Shown here one piece after another: positions 47,188-56,718 of a DNA stretch of 64,000 bases (its first letter is position 1; each line of letters starts with the position of its first letter). The position numbers were made by a program, and so were the translations under genes. Below the pieces are notes generated by a model. The model had not been told where the DNA came from and did not search any database. It saw only the letters and a list, made by a program, of their open reading frames with translations. The DNA is from Candidatus Azotimanducaceae bacterium (GTDB taxonomy: Bacteria; Pseudomonadota; Gammaproteobacteria; Pseudomonadales; Azotimanducaceae): contig CBDFIL010000002.1 in NCBI GenBank assembly GCA_965248075.1, positions 16,223-80,222 of the forward strand. Direction: 5' to 3'.

Positions 47188-47462
47188 ATGAAGTTCGGTC
47201 TCCACTACGACCTGCGTAATCCGCCCGGTTCCCGCCGGCGGACACCCGATCTCTACCGCGACACGCTCCGCCAGATCGAGCTGGCCGAATCCCTCGGCTT
47301 CGACGACATCTGGCTGTCCGAGCATCACTTCGTGGAAGACGGCTACCTGCCGTCGCTGCTGCCGTTTGCCGGGGCCATCGCCGCGCGGACGGACCGGGTG
47401 AACGTCGGCACCAACATCCTGCTGATGCCGTTTCACCATCCCATTCGCATCGCCGAGGACTG
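47188..47462 (+). pseudogene. 5' fragment of an LLM-class flavin-dependent oxidoreductase, truncated by the IS91-type fragment
   Basis: MKFGLHYDLRNPPGS...IELAESLGFDDIWLSEHHFVEDGYLPSLLPFAGAIAARTDRVNVGTNILLMPFHHPIRIAEDW, then unrelated sequence from ~47463. Confidence 0.78.
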
Positions 47463-48064
47463 GCGGATAGGACGAATAACCGTTCGAAACGGGATGGTTG
47501 CGAATTACGGTTGACTGACGGGGCGCTCGGGGGGAGTCTTCAGGGCATCCGTTGAGCCCGTTGAGGATGTGGCGGTGGACGCTGGAGACGGAAAGGTCGC
47601 GCGAAACGGCGGCTACTTGGGTAGCGGTCGCAGCATAGCGTCAGGCGATCGTTTGCTACGGGAGCCTGTCCTGGTATCGCGCGGCGGGAGCTCTGTGTTG
47701 AGCGGAGGTGCTCTCGGATTGGCAGTTGTGGCTGCCTCGCGAGCACGAATGTGCTCGAGGATCGTGGCGATGACATCGGGATTTTCGATGCAGGCGATGA
47801 CGCGCAGCGTGCCACCGCACTTGGGGGCAGGTCTCGATGTCGATGGCGAAACGCGTTTCAGGCGCTGCATCGGTGTCATGGGGGCAAGGGGCTTATCCGG
47901 CTTTTCGTGGCGAGGTTTGCGTTTTGGCACGACGGACTCGCGATGCTTGCAATTCGGCGCGAACACGCCGTGGAACCGGGTCAGGTTCAATCGCGCGCGG
48001 GACCAACGCCGCCAGGCGGGCGATGAAGTCGAGTGGCTCGAGGACGACGTGGGTGGAGCCGTCG
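47463..48064 (-). mobile_element. 3' fragment of an IS91-family (rolling-circle) element with a degraded transposase C-terminus
   Basis: Minus-strand translation: DGSTHVVLEPLDFIARLAALVPRA / RLNLTRFHGVFAPNCKHRE...PMTPMQRLKRV(FAIDIETC)PKCGGTLRVIACIENPDVIATILEHI. Frame slips occur at the (CG)n run ~47992-47999 and at compensating homopolymers (A3 47849-47851, G5 47823-47827). A small terminal hairpin ccgtt-cga-aacgg lies at ~47483-47495. Confidence 0.8.
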
Positions 48065-48112
48065 CACACAATCTCCCATAGAGTTCGTCCATGTCAACTC
48101 CTTTCAATGCTA
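48065..48112. repeat. Left half of a 106-bp duplicate of 55949-56054 (3' coding end of the 197-aa gene)
   Basis: cacacaatctcccatagagttcgtccatgtcaactcctttcaatgcta is identical to 55949-55996. Confidence 0.9.
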
Positions 48113-49941
48113 ACGAGGCTACGCCTCAGACCGACAAGGCATGTGGTGCTTGCCCGAGTTGGATTTGAGGCGGACTCCGGTCGCTGTTCCCTCTGCGGAC
48201 AGGGTCCGCGTTCATAGTCGCACGAAGGCGTCGGTGGCCGTATGTTGGCCAAGTGGGGAACCCATCGACCGGAGTCCTGCGGATGAACGTAGCACGGAAT
48301 GTGGCGGAGGTGTTGTCGGAACACACGACGCTGGAACTGGAATGCATCGACCGGCTGTACCTGAACGCGTACGTTCCGATGCTGCAAAGCGGCGCGGGCA
48401 CGGCGTACTTCTTCCGCAAGATACGCGGCAATCCGGTACCGTCGTCAGCGTTGATGGCGCCCATGACGCGGCGCTTTGTCAGCGCTCTGGAGCGCTACGC
48501 ACAGCGCGAGGGTGTCGACCTGATCCGTTTCGACCGCGGCGAGCGCAAGGACGCGCGCACACAGGCGTATCTGCGGCACTGGCACGGCGGCGAAGGCGTG
48601 CTGTACATCGGCAAGGCGCAGGAACGGGCGCGCGTGGTACGCACCGAACGACGCCACGATCCGGTCAGCGGCGCCAGCTATCCGTGGTTGGTATCGAGCA
48701 CGGCGATGGTCAACCACTACTACGTGTACCTGGTGGATGCGGACTTCGGCCCGCTGTTCATCAAGTTCTGCTCGTACTTTCCCTACAACGCCAAGCTGTG
48801 TCTGAACGGCCACGAGTTCGTCAAGCGACAGTTGGCCAAGCGCGGCATCGGCTTCGAGGCGCTGGACAACGGTATCCTGCGCTGCGACGACCCCGCCGCC
48901 ATGCAGGCTATTGCGCGCGAGGTGACGGCGCAGCGTATCGACGCCGTGCTGCGCAAGTGGCTGGCGCGGCTGCCGCATCCGTTCAGCGTCGACGACCGCG
49001 CCGCCGGCATCCGCTACGACGTCTCCGTACTGCAAGCGGAGTTCGCCCTGACCCAGGTGTTCGACCGGCCCGTGCAGGGGCGGGTGTTCTTCGAGGAGGT
49101 GATGCGCGAGAACCTCGACCTGGGCCGTCCCGACCATGTACAGTTGATCTTCGACAGGCGCGTCACCAGGCGCACCCCCTCGCGGTATCGAACCCGCGTT
49201 ATAACCGACGGGGTCATCCCGTCGCTGCACGTGGACTACAAGCACTCGCGCATCAGAAGCAGGCGCGTCGCAAGCGACGCGACCACAAGCAAGGACGCGC
49301 CCTGCGTACCGAGACCGTGATCAACGACCACCTGTCCGAAGGACAGGCAATGACCTTCCAGGTCGGCAGACGGCTGTGCAACCTCGATGATCTACAGAAG
49401 ATCGGCTTCGCCGCCAACCGGCGCCTGCTCGGCGTCCAACGCATCAGCCACCGCTGCCAACTGGGTACCGAAGTCTTCGACGGGCTGCACCGGCCCGCCG
49501 TGGTCGATGATCGACGCGTCTCTACCCTGCGCTTCGGCGACCCCCGCGTGCAGGCGCTGCTGGCCACCCTGCTGGCTTTCCGACTGCTACCGGCGGGCTT
49601 CGCCAACCGCCAACTGCGTGAGTACGCCGCACCGCTACTCGGCCTGTCCGCGCCACCTACGATCTCAGACGCCTGCGCCTGCGCGGCTTGATCGAGCGCA
49701 TCCCCCGTTCGCACCGCTACCGCGTCACCGAGCAAGGTCTGCGTATCGCACTGTGCTACCAACGTGTGCAGCGTCGCGCGCTCTGTCCAGCGCTGTCCGC
49801 GGTCCTCGACGAGGACCAGCCTCCAGCCCTCGGCCGACTCGTCGAGCGCTTCGACCTCCACATCCAGCGCCTGTGGGAGGGGCACCAACTCGCCGCATGA
49901 AAACTTGGCTCAAATGGTAAGGTCTGGGTCCCTCAAGGAAT
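48113..49941 (+). mobile_element. 1.83-kb insertion of an unclassified element, flanked by CTA (or TA) duplication
   Basis: It splits the 106-bp duplicate exactly: ...caatgCTA|acgagg ... ggaat|CTAgtgtagg, where the uninterrupted copy at 55990-56000 reads caatgctagtgtagg. No convincing terminal inverted repeats seen. Confidence 0.7.
48283..49900 (+). pseudogene. Transposase-like protein of unidentified family, broken by at least two frameshifts
   Basis: Frame 1 (48283-49320): MNVARNVAEVLSEHTTLELECIDRLYLNAYVPMLQ...HYYVYLVDADFGPLFIKFCSYFPYNAK...SLHVDYKHSRI. Frame 2: HKQGRALRTETVINDH...QKIGFAANRRLLGVQRISH...LREYAAPLLGL. Frame 3: GLIERIPRSHRYRVTEQGLRIALCYQRV...HIQRLWEGHQLAA-stop. Confidence 0.6.
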
Positions 49942-49999
49942 CTAGTGTAGGATCAGGATCGACTTCTGTCATCGAACTCTTGAACTCCTGCGAGACCCA
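49942..49999. repeat. Right half of the 106-bp duplicate of 55949-56054
   Basis: ctagtgtaggatcaggatcgacttctgtcatcgaactcttgaactcctgcgaGaccca matches 55994-56051 with one mismatch. Confidence 0.9.
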
Positions 50000-50205
50000 G
50001 TACGGGTTCGAGGGGGACTTGCACCCCCAGACTTGCGACCATGCCTGGCGCATACTCCGGTCGCTACGCTCCCTCCGTGCCGCCCGCGGACACCGCGACG
50101 GCCATCTGGAGGTCGTCAATACCCCACGCAGGCCCTCGCCGAACGTGTGCAGTTTTCAATTGCTAAAAATGTGCAGTTTTCAGTAGCCATTGACATACCT
50201 GCACG

Positions 50206-51597
50206 GGAGCTATGGTCGAAAGTGGTGTACGGGTGAGTTGAATCGTGCGGCGTGTCTCTGCTGAAATCGAGTTTGCGAGAAAACGATTTCGGCAAGAGGA
50301 GCACGCCACACATGGGCAACGATAAAGTGGTTTCGCTGGCAGCGCCAGCGGTGGTTGAGGACGCGTTGACGGAACTGCTGCGCACAGGCGCGCGCCGGCT
50401 GATCGAGGCAGCGGTGGCGGCGGAGTTCGAGGAGTGCCTGACGGGGTTCGCGGACGAACGGTTACCGGACGGACGGCATCGGGTGGTTCGCAACGGCCAC
50501 CTTCCGCGCCGGGAGATCCTGACGGGGATCGGCGCGGTGGAGGTCGAAGTTCCGAAGTTGCGTAGCCGCTCGGGGTCTTCGGTACCGTTTCGCTCTTCCC
50601 TGGTGCCGCCTTACGTTCGCCGCAGTGCGAGTCTCGACGCGGCGGTTCCGTGGCTGTACCTGCACGGGGTGTCGACGGGTCAGATGCGCGCAGCGGTTTC
50701 GGCGTTGGTGGGCGAGGAAGCGGCTCGCGGGTTGTCGGCGAACGTGGTGAGCCGGCTCAAGCGCAGTTGGGACGAGGAGTACCGGTCGTGGTGCCGGCGA
50801 AGCCTTGCCGACGACTGGGTGTACGTCTGGGCAGACGGTATCCACAGTGGCCTGCGCGGTGACGACGGGCGCCTGTGCGTGCTGGTGGTGATCGGCGTAA
50901 ACGCCCGTGGCGACAAGCACTTCCTGGCCATCGAGGACGGGGTTCGGGAGTCCACGCAGAGCTGGCGCGAGGTTCTCCTGGGGATGAAGCAGCGTGGCTT
51001 CACGCGGCCGGCGAAGCTGGCGGTGGGTGACGGCGCGCTGGGCTTCTGGTCGGCGCTGTCGGAGGTGTATCCCGAGACCCGCAGCCAGCGCTGCTGGATG
51101 CACAAGTCCGGCAACGTCCTCAACTACTTCCCCAAGTCGGGCCAGGCGAAGGCGAAGCAGGGACTGCAGGAGATCTGGATGGCCGAGACCCGGGCCCAGA
51201 CCGAGCGCGCGTTCGACGACTGGATCGAACGCTACGAAGACAAGTACCCCAAGGCCACCGCGTGCCTGGCGCGTGATCGCGAGCAGCTGCCGGCCTTCTA
51301 CGACTTCCCCGCCGCGCACTGGACGCATCTGCGCACGACCAACGTGATCGAGTCGGCGTTCGCCACCATCCGCCATCGGAGCTCGCGGGCGAAGGGCTGC
51401 GTCACGCGCCGCACGATGCTCTCGATGATCTACAAGATGGGCATGAGTGCGGAGACGTCCTGGCGGCGGCTACGCGGCTTCCGGCAGCTCGGCAAAGTGA
51501 TCGAGGGGGTCAAGTTCAACGACGGTATCGAGGTCATCGAGGACAGCAGGGCCGTCGCATGACCAACCCTCCGTACACCAGATTTGACAATAGCTCC
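50206..51597 (+). mobile_element. IS256-family insertion sequence (~1.39 kb)
   Basis: Imperfect ~27-bp terminal inverted repeats: ggagctatggtcgaaagtggtgtacgg (50206-50233), and the reverse complement of ccgtacaccagatttgacaatagctcc (51571-51597). No matching target duplication seen. Confidence 0.85.
50312..51562 (+). CDS. IS256-family (Mutator-like) transposase, apparently intact (416 aa)
   Basis: ...VPKLRSRSG...VPPYVRRS...WLYLHGVSTGQM...VYVWADGIHSGLR...LVVIGVNARGDKHFLAIEDGVRES...GDGALGFW...QRCWMHKSGNVLN...LRTTNVIES. Confidence 0.92.
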   Translation: MGNDKVVSLAAPAVVEDALTELLRTGARRLIEAAVAAEFEECLTGFADERLPDGRHRVVRNGHLPRREILTGIGAVEVEVPKLRSRSGSSVPFRSSLVPPYVRRSASLDAAVPWLYLHGVSTGQMRAAVSALVGEEAARGLSANVVSRLKRSWDEEYRSWCRRSLADDWVYVWADGIHSGLRGDDGRLCVLVVIGVNARGDKHFLAIEDGVRESTQSWREVLLGMKQRGFTRPAKLAVGDGALGFWSALSEVYPETRSQRCWMHKSGNVLNYFPKSGQAKAKQGLQEIWMAETRAQTERAFDDWIERYEDKYPKATACLARDREQLPAFYDFPAAHWTHLRTTNVIESAFATIRHRSSRAKGCVTRRTMLSMIYKMGMSAETSWRRLRGFRQLGKVIEGVKFNDGIEVIEDSRAVA

Positions 51598-51856
51598 TTC
51601 GATATGGAGGGGCGGTTTGCTAACGCAACGGGGCATGCGACTCTGTGGAATGGAAACACAACGATGGACCGTAGGGACCATTATTTCGGCCAAGCTCGAA
51701 GGGTCATGCTATGGATGCTTCCGGATTGACCGCTGGCGTACGCGCTGGCGGGGGTAGGAGACCGTGTTGAAGATTTGGCCGTACGTACTGTCTCTGTAAT
51801 TAGCATTTTTTGCAGATGCCAGTGGTGGCATCACCAAAGAGCAAACGGACCGCGGT

Positions 51857-52099
51857 ATGGACTACACTATTCAGAAGAACGGGTCCAGGATCGTACTTTC
51901 GACTAGGGATGACCTTGGCGAAAGCGGGCAGCCTATTCGCTCGTATCTTGTCGTTAAGCAACTGTGCGGAATGTCCTTTGTCCAACAAGCTGAATTGTTG
52001 GGGAATCTGTTGACTGAACTGAAACTGGATGGAAGACTTGAATCGGTTGATGGACTATATTGGGGATCCATTAGTTTGCGACGACGAACTGCTTATTAG
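51857..52099 (+). CDS. Hypothetical small ORF (80 aa) in a low-GC segment
   Basis: ORF track only. Protein-like composition and low-GC context. It overlaps the next ORF by 71 nt in another frame, so the pair might be a single frameshifted gene. Confidence 0.3.
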   Translation: MDYTIQKNGSRIVLSTRDDLGESGQPIRSYLVVKQLCGMSFVQQAELLGNLLTELKLDGRLESVDGLYWGSISLRRRTAY

Positions 52100-52352
52100 G
52101 AGGTTGGCCCGCGGTGCTCTCGAATCCCAGGCGTGGTCGTCGATTACTGAAAATAATACAAGGACGCGCCTAAACAAGAGAATTCCCGGGATGACGAACA
52201 TATTGAACGAGTCTTTGGTATTTCGGGAGCTTGTAGATATCGCGCGATCATTAGGCTTTCACCTTAACGTAAGCGCTTCGTCGCATATCGTTGTGGTAGG
52301 GTCAGCAACATCGATTGCCTCGAGGGACTGTCTCTTCCGGAGGAGTCAATAG
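52029..52352 (+). CDS. Hypothetical small ORF (107 aa) in a low-GC segment
   Basis: ORF track only: MEDLNRLMDYIGDPLVCDDELLIRRLARGALESQAW... No family recognised. Confidence 0.3.
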   Translation: MEDLNRLMDYIGDPLVCDDELLIRRLARGALESQAWSSITENNTRTRLNKRIPGMTNILNESLVFRELVDIARSLGFHLNVSASSHIVVVGSATSIASRDCLFRRSQ

Positions 52353-52449
52353 TGCCATTCTTGGCTCTCCTTTGGATGAGAATGGAGCCCAAGAAGTCAG
52401 CACAGTTCGACGATTGACAGCGATTCGGCGTCAACGCGTGGATTTGCAG

Positions 52450-53405
52450 ACGCGTCCTACGGACCGATCAGTGCCGGGCTGAGTATCTCGATCCTTCGGT
52501 GCGGCGTGCGGTCGTGGACCTGGTTCGAGAACGTTACTGGGACTTTGGTCCGACGTTTGCGCGCGAGAAGCTGGTGGAGGAGCACGGTTACCGACTGTCG
52601 GCGGAGACGCTACGGCAGTGACTGATGGCGGAGGGTCTGTGGCGGTCGACGGTGCGTCGGGAGCTGCGCACGCATCCGCGGCAACGGCGGGAGTGCGTCG
52701 GGGATCTGGTGCAGATCGACGGTTCGCCGCACGCCTGGTTCGAGGATCGCGGAGCGCAGTGCGTGCTGATCGTGTTCATCGACGACGCCAGCAGTCGGTT
52801 GCTGGCGGCGGGGTTCTTCGCTGCGGAGACACTGTTGGCGTACATGACGACGTTGCGTGCGCAGTTGGTGGCGCACGGTCGCCCGGTGGCGTACCACGCG
52901 GACCGCTTTGGCGTGTTCCGGGTGAACCGGCGTGACCGTAAGGACATGCTGACGCAGCTCGGGCGGGCGCTGAAGACGTTGGACATTGCGCTGATCAGTG
53001 CTGGCAGCCCGCAGGCGAAGGGCCGCGTGGAACGCGCCAACCAGACGCTGCAGGACCGTCTGGTCAAGGAGATGCGGCTGCGCGGCATCGCGGACATGGC
53101 GGCTGGCAACGCGTACTTGCCGGAGTTCATAGCGGACTTCAACCGGCGCTTCGCGGTGGCGCCGCGCAACGCGCAGGACGCACACCGCGCGGTGTTGCAC
53201 GAGGCGCGCGAACTGGACCTGATCCTGTGCCCTCCGCATGTACGCAAGCTGACCAAGGATCTGGCGGTGCGCTTCCAGTGCCGCGAGTACCAGGTGACCG
53301 GCCAGGGCCGCGGCGACCGGCTGCGCGGCGCCGCGGTGACGGTGTGCGAGGGGTTCGACGGTTCCGTCACGGTGCTGCACGACGGGCACGTGTTGCCGAC
53401 GCGCC
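52450..53405 (+). pseudogene. ISNCY-type (rve/DDE integrase-core) transposase fragment: 5'-truncated, in-frame TGA, 3' end replaced
   Basis: ...VVDLVRERYWDFGPTFAREKLVEEHGYRLSAETLRQ-TGA(52619-52621)-LMAEGLW...GDLVQIDGSPHAWFEDRGAQCVLIVFIDDASSRLL...SPQAKGRVERANQTLQDRLVKEMRL. The homologues I recall have Trp (TGG) at the TGA position. Confidence 0.78.
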
Positions 53406-53452
53406 AACTAATCCGAACTTCGAGGTGGCACACGATCTAACCCATTATTTTT

Positions 53453-54826
53453 GGGAATTATATATTTTACTCCCAAAGAAATGCTATACTTCCCCCATTG
53501 AATCAACGGCTTGGATGCAATGGACGACCACGTAACCGTCAGCACCTACGAACTGTTCCACATGTACCCCGACGCCGACTCGGGACGGCTCTACTTCGAG
53601 GAGATGCGCTGGGGGCCGGGCAACCGCGACATCGCCTGTCCGTGTTGCGGAGGCACGCAGAAGATCGGCGCACGCACGGGCAAGCGGACCGGCTACTACC
53701 GCTGCGGCGACTGCAAGGAGGAGTTCACCGTGCGCACCGGGACGGTGTTCGGTCGGTCGCACGTTCCCCTCAACAAGTGGCTCTACGCCATGTACATCGT
53801 CGTGACGGCGCGCAAGGGTGTTTCCAGCCTTCAGCTTTCCAAAGAGATAGGTGTCACACAGAAAACCGCATGGTTCATGCTCGGCAGGCTGCGCGAGGCA
53901 TGCGGCGGTGATCCGGCCAAGCTGGCGGGCATCGTGGAAGCCGACGAGACGTTCGTCGGCGGCAAGGAAGGCAACAAGCACCCGCACAAGAAACTCAACA
54001 TGGGGCGCGGCACGGTCGGCAAGCAAGCCGTCCTCGGGTTGCGCGAGCGCGGCGGTAGGTCCATCGCCATGCCCATCGAAGGCACGTCCAAAGCCACGCT
54101 GCACCGCGAGATCGCCAAGCACGTCGAACCCGGTAGCGAACTCCACACCGACGAGCACTCGGGATACGACGACCTCCCCGCCTACATCCGCCGCCACGTC
54201 AAGCACGGCGCGGGCGAGTACGTCGGCGCGAACGACATCCACGTCAACAGCGTCGAGTCCATGTGGGCGGTCCTCAAGCGCGGCCTCTACGGAACGTGGC
54301 ACAAGGCGTCGGTGAAGCACCTGCACCGCTACGTCAACGAGGCGACGTTCAGGCTCAACGAGGGCAACGTCAGTATCCGCACCCTTGACCGGCTGGCCTC
54401 GTTCGCCAGGATGACGGTCGGAAAACGCATCACCTACGAACAGTTGACCGCATGACGAAGGAACGCAAGCCCCGGTCGCCCCACCCGCAACTCGACGCGT
54501 TCACGCGACGTGTACTCGACTACCGCCCCTCGAAGGAAGGCGGCAAGTCCAAGAATCCGAAAGGGCGCTCGCAAAAACGCCATCAAGGTGCACCGGACCC
54601 AGGCGCGGGCCAGCATCGACGTGGCGGGGTCGGCGTTCACCGTGACCGCGGAACGGCATGAGAAGGCGAGCCGGAGCCGGTGGCTCGTGGACGGCGCGGA
54701 GGTCAAGACGTGGATGCTCAGCCGCCGCGCATTGGAACCGTTGTTCTTTCCGGTGGGGGCGGGGTGATGGACGAACAGCGGCTGCATGGCCTTTAACGGT
54801 TTGGGGGAGTCAAATATATAATTCCC
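53453..54826 (+). mobile_element. IS1595-family insertion sequence (1374 bp) with 8-bp target duplication TTATTTTT
   Basis: Inverted repeats gggaattatatattt(t/g)actccc at 53453-53474 and 54805-54826 (reverse complement). Identical ttattttt at 53445-53452 and 54827-54834. Confidence 0.92.
53511..54455 (+). CDS. IS1595-family transposase, intact (314 aa)
   Basis: N-terminal zinc ribbon CPCCGG...YYRCGDCKEEFTVRTGTVF, KWLYAMYIVVTARKGVSSLQL, VEADETFVGGK, LHTDEHSGY, NSVESMWAVLKRG. Confidence 0.92.
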   Translation: MDAMDDHVTVSTYELFHMYPDADSGRLYFEEMRWGPGNRDIACPCCGGTQKIGARTGKRTGYYRCGDCKEEFTVRTGTVFGRSHVPLNKWLYAMYIVVTARKGVSSLQLSKEIGVTQKTAWFMLGRLREACGGDPAKLAGIVEADETFVGGKEGNKHPHKKLNMGRGTVGKQAVLGLRERGGRSIAMPIEGTSKATLHREIAKHVEPGSELHTDEHSGYDDLPAYIRRHVKHGAGEYVGANDIHVNSVESMWAVLKRGLYGTWHKASVKHLHRYVNEATFRLNEGNVSIRTLDRLASFARMTVGKRITYEQLTA

Positions 54827-54865
54827 TTATTTTTCAGGGTAAATAAAAAAAATCGGGCGATCGTT

Positions 54866-55113
54866 ACTGGGTACATCCTATGGACTTCACCGTCCCAACA
54901 CGCAGCAGCTTCAGCTCTTTCGCCAGCAGCAGAACCTGCAGGAACGCCTCTGCTACCGCCTCGAAGTTGTTGCGCCGAAACGCGCAGATCGTGTCGTGGT
55001 CCGGGTGACAGTTCGACGCCACGTACCGAACCCCAATGTCCCGGTACGTCGCGCGCTCGATCCGGCGGCAGCAGATACAGCTGCGACTGGTCCCGCTGCA
55101 AGAACTTCGGCAT
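54866..55113 (-). pseudogene. N-terminal fragment of an IS1182/IS5-type transposase (DUF772-like region), frameshifted
   Basis: MPKFLQRDQSQLYLLPPD in one frame, then IERATYRDIGVRYVASNCHPDHDTICAFRRNNFEAVAEAFLQVLLLAKELKLLRVGTV in another. It ends at the low-GC flank of IS1595. Confidence 0.65.
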
Positions 55114-55660
55114 CGACTTCGAACCCCCTCGACTCGACAAGCCTATTATAAAATCCCGCGTCTAAGTCCGACAGGCTGCTAGGTGGTTTCTTCCGCTGGT
55201 ATCGATCAGACTTCATGGGATTAGGCTCGGTCAGAATGCGGCTCCGATCAATCACTTCAAACCGGCCTTCCGAGTGAACGGGCGAGCGACTTGTGATATC
55301 CACAACAGGAGACACTGCTCAGTAAATCGCAATCAGCAGTGTCTCAAAGTCGTTGACAGGTTCCGATCCGCCTGCGCCGGCGAGGTTCTTCGACTGAACC
55401 GTATCGTCCGGTGCTGTGGGAGCACCGCGTTGAGCAAATCATCCGGCGAACGACCGGGTCCCATTCGAGACGATGGAACTCGGGATACCGTGGGATTGCG
55501 AGCGCGTCAGTTTATGTGAACACACGTAGGTCCGGAATTGTAGGTGAATCCAAAGAGGCCAGCGTAGTAGATTCTATGCACACCACGAACGCAATGGTCT
55601 CCAAAATCAGCAGGTCCCGTTCTCCACCAACCGTGGAAAACCGTGGCGGCTAGCCAAGTA

Positions 55661-55897
55661 TCAACAGTGTTCCATACCAGTGGAGATGCTGTAGCCCCCG
55701 GGAGGAAGCTGCTTGTAGAACGTTCCCCGCACTTGCGACTCCGTAATCAATATTTCCCACCAAAATACCATCGAGTAAGTCGTAGTAAAAGGCTCCCCTT
55801 GGAACTCCGTTGCATACGATCCATACACCCAAGCGTGGGCGGTGGAGGTAATCATCAACGCCAACGCCGCGGTCAACACGCGCATCTTTTTTTCCAT
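55661..55897 (-). CDS. Small secreted protein (78 aa), low-GC island
   Basis: Signal peptide MEKKMRVLTAALALMITSTAHA|WV. It lies 26 bp downstream of the 197-aa gene on the same strand. Confidence 0.5.
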   Translation of the reverse strand: MEKKMRVLTAALALMITSTAHAWVYGSYATEFQGEPFTTTYSMVFWWEILITESQVRGTFYKQLPPGGYSISTGMEHC

Positions 55898-55923
55898 TCG
55901 ACTAATACCTAGGTTAATCAGAG

Positions 55924-56517
55924 CTAAAAGGATCGTATATCGGGATCACACAATCTCCCATAGAGTTCGTCCATGTCAACTCCTTTCAATGCTAGTGTAG
56001 GATCAGGATCGACTTCTGTCATCGAACTCTTGAACTCCTGCGAAACCCAAGCCTTAATCTGATAGGATACGTAAGTGTTGCCCACGCGGGTATCCAGTCG
56101 CACCATACGATCGTCGACGGTCCCATGAACCTGAGTCCTTTGATGTTGCAGTAATTGCGCAAGGTCATGCCCGCTCATGCGGCTGGGAGAGTTGCACATC
56201 GTATCAACCATGTCCTTCCTCATCCCGCTAGACTCGACAGTCATCTCCTGCGCCAATGCAATTACTTGATTTGCTTCAGCTTCGGATACCAATAGCTTAG
56301 AAGTTAGGAGTTTCTTAGCTAGACTCGGTTCCTGGGCGGCCATGTCGGCGACAAGTGCGAAGAAAACCAACATTGCGGTAGTATCGTTCACTTCGCTAGC
56401 ATGAACTTTAGATCCGAACAGTATTGAAAGCAAAACAAACGACAAACTGCCCACGACGCGGTTTAAGTTTCTGACTTTTCGGCAAACTGCAAACCAACTC
56501 TGCTTGATTGATCCCAT
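55924..56517 (-). CDS. Secreted hypothetical protein (197 aa), low-GC island
   Basis: Signal-like VVGSLSFVLLSILFGSKVHA|SE and helical protein-like composition. Its last ~105 coding nt are duplicated at 48065-48112 and 49942-49999. Confidence 0.6.
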   Translation of the reverse strand: MGSIKQSWFAVCRKVRNLNRVVGSLSFVLLSILFGSKVHASEVNDTTAMLVFFALVADMAAQEPSLAKKLLTSKLLVSEAEANQVIALAQEMTVESSGMRKDMVDTMCNSPSRMSGHDLAQLLQHQRTQVHGTVDDRMVRLDTRVGNTYVSYQIKAWVSQEFKSSMTEVDPDPTLALKGVDMDELYGRLCDPDIRSF

Positions 56518-56718
56518 TAGGAGCCACCTACCAACTTATTGATTCGAAATGTAATTTTCTCTCCATCCGGCAGGAGGTGAGTCATGTGAGCTAGTAGTCC
56601 ACAAGCCCTGCGATGCCGTCGAGCGCGGGATGCGACTCTGCAAAGATGATCATCAGCCTCTCCAGCTCGCCCCAATACAAAGGTTGATCGCCGCAGCGTG
56701 CGAAGCTGGCGCACGGCC

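Noticed and set aside
50198-51605. Target-site duplication for IS256
   Set aside because: The 8-9 bp outside the inferred inverted repeats (cctgcacg versus ttcgatat) do not match. Either the ends are slightly different or one flank was later replaced, so no TSD is claimed.
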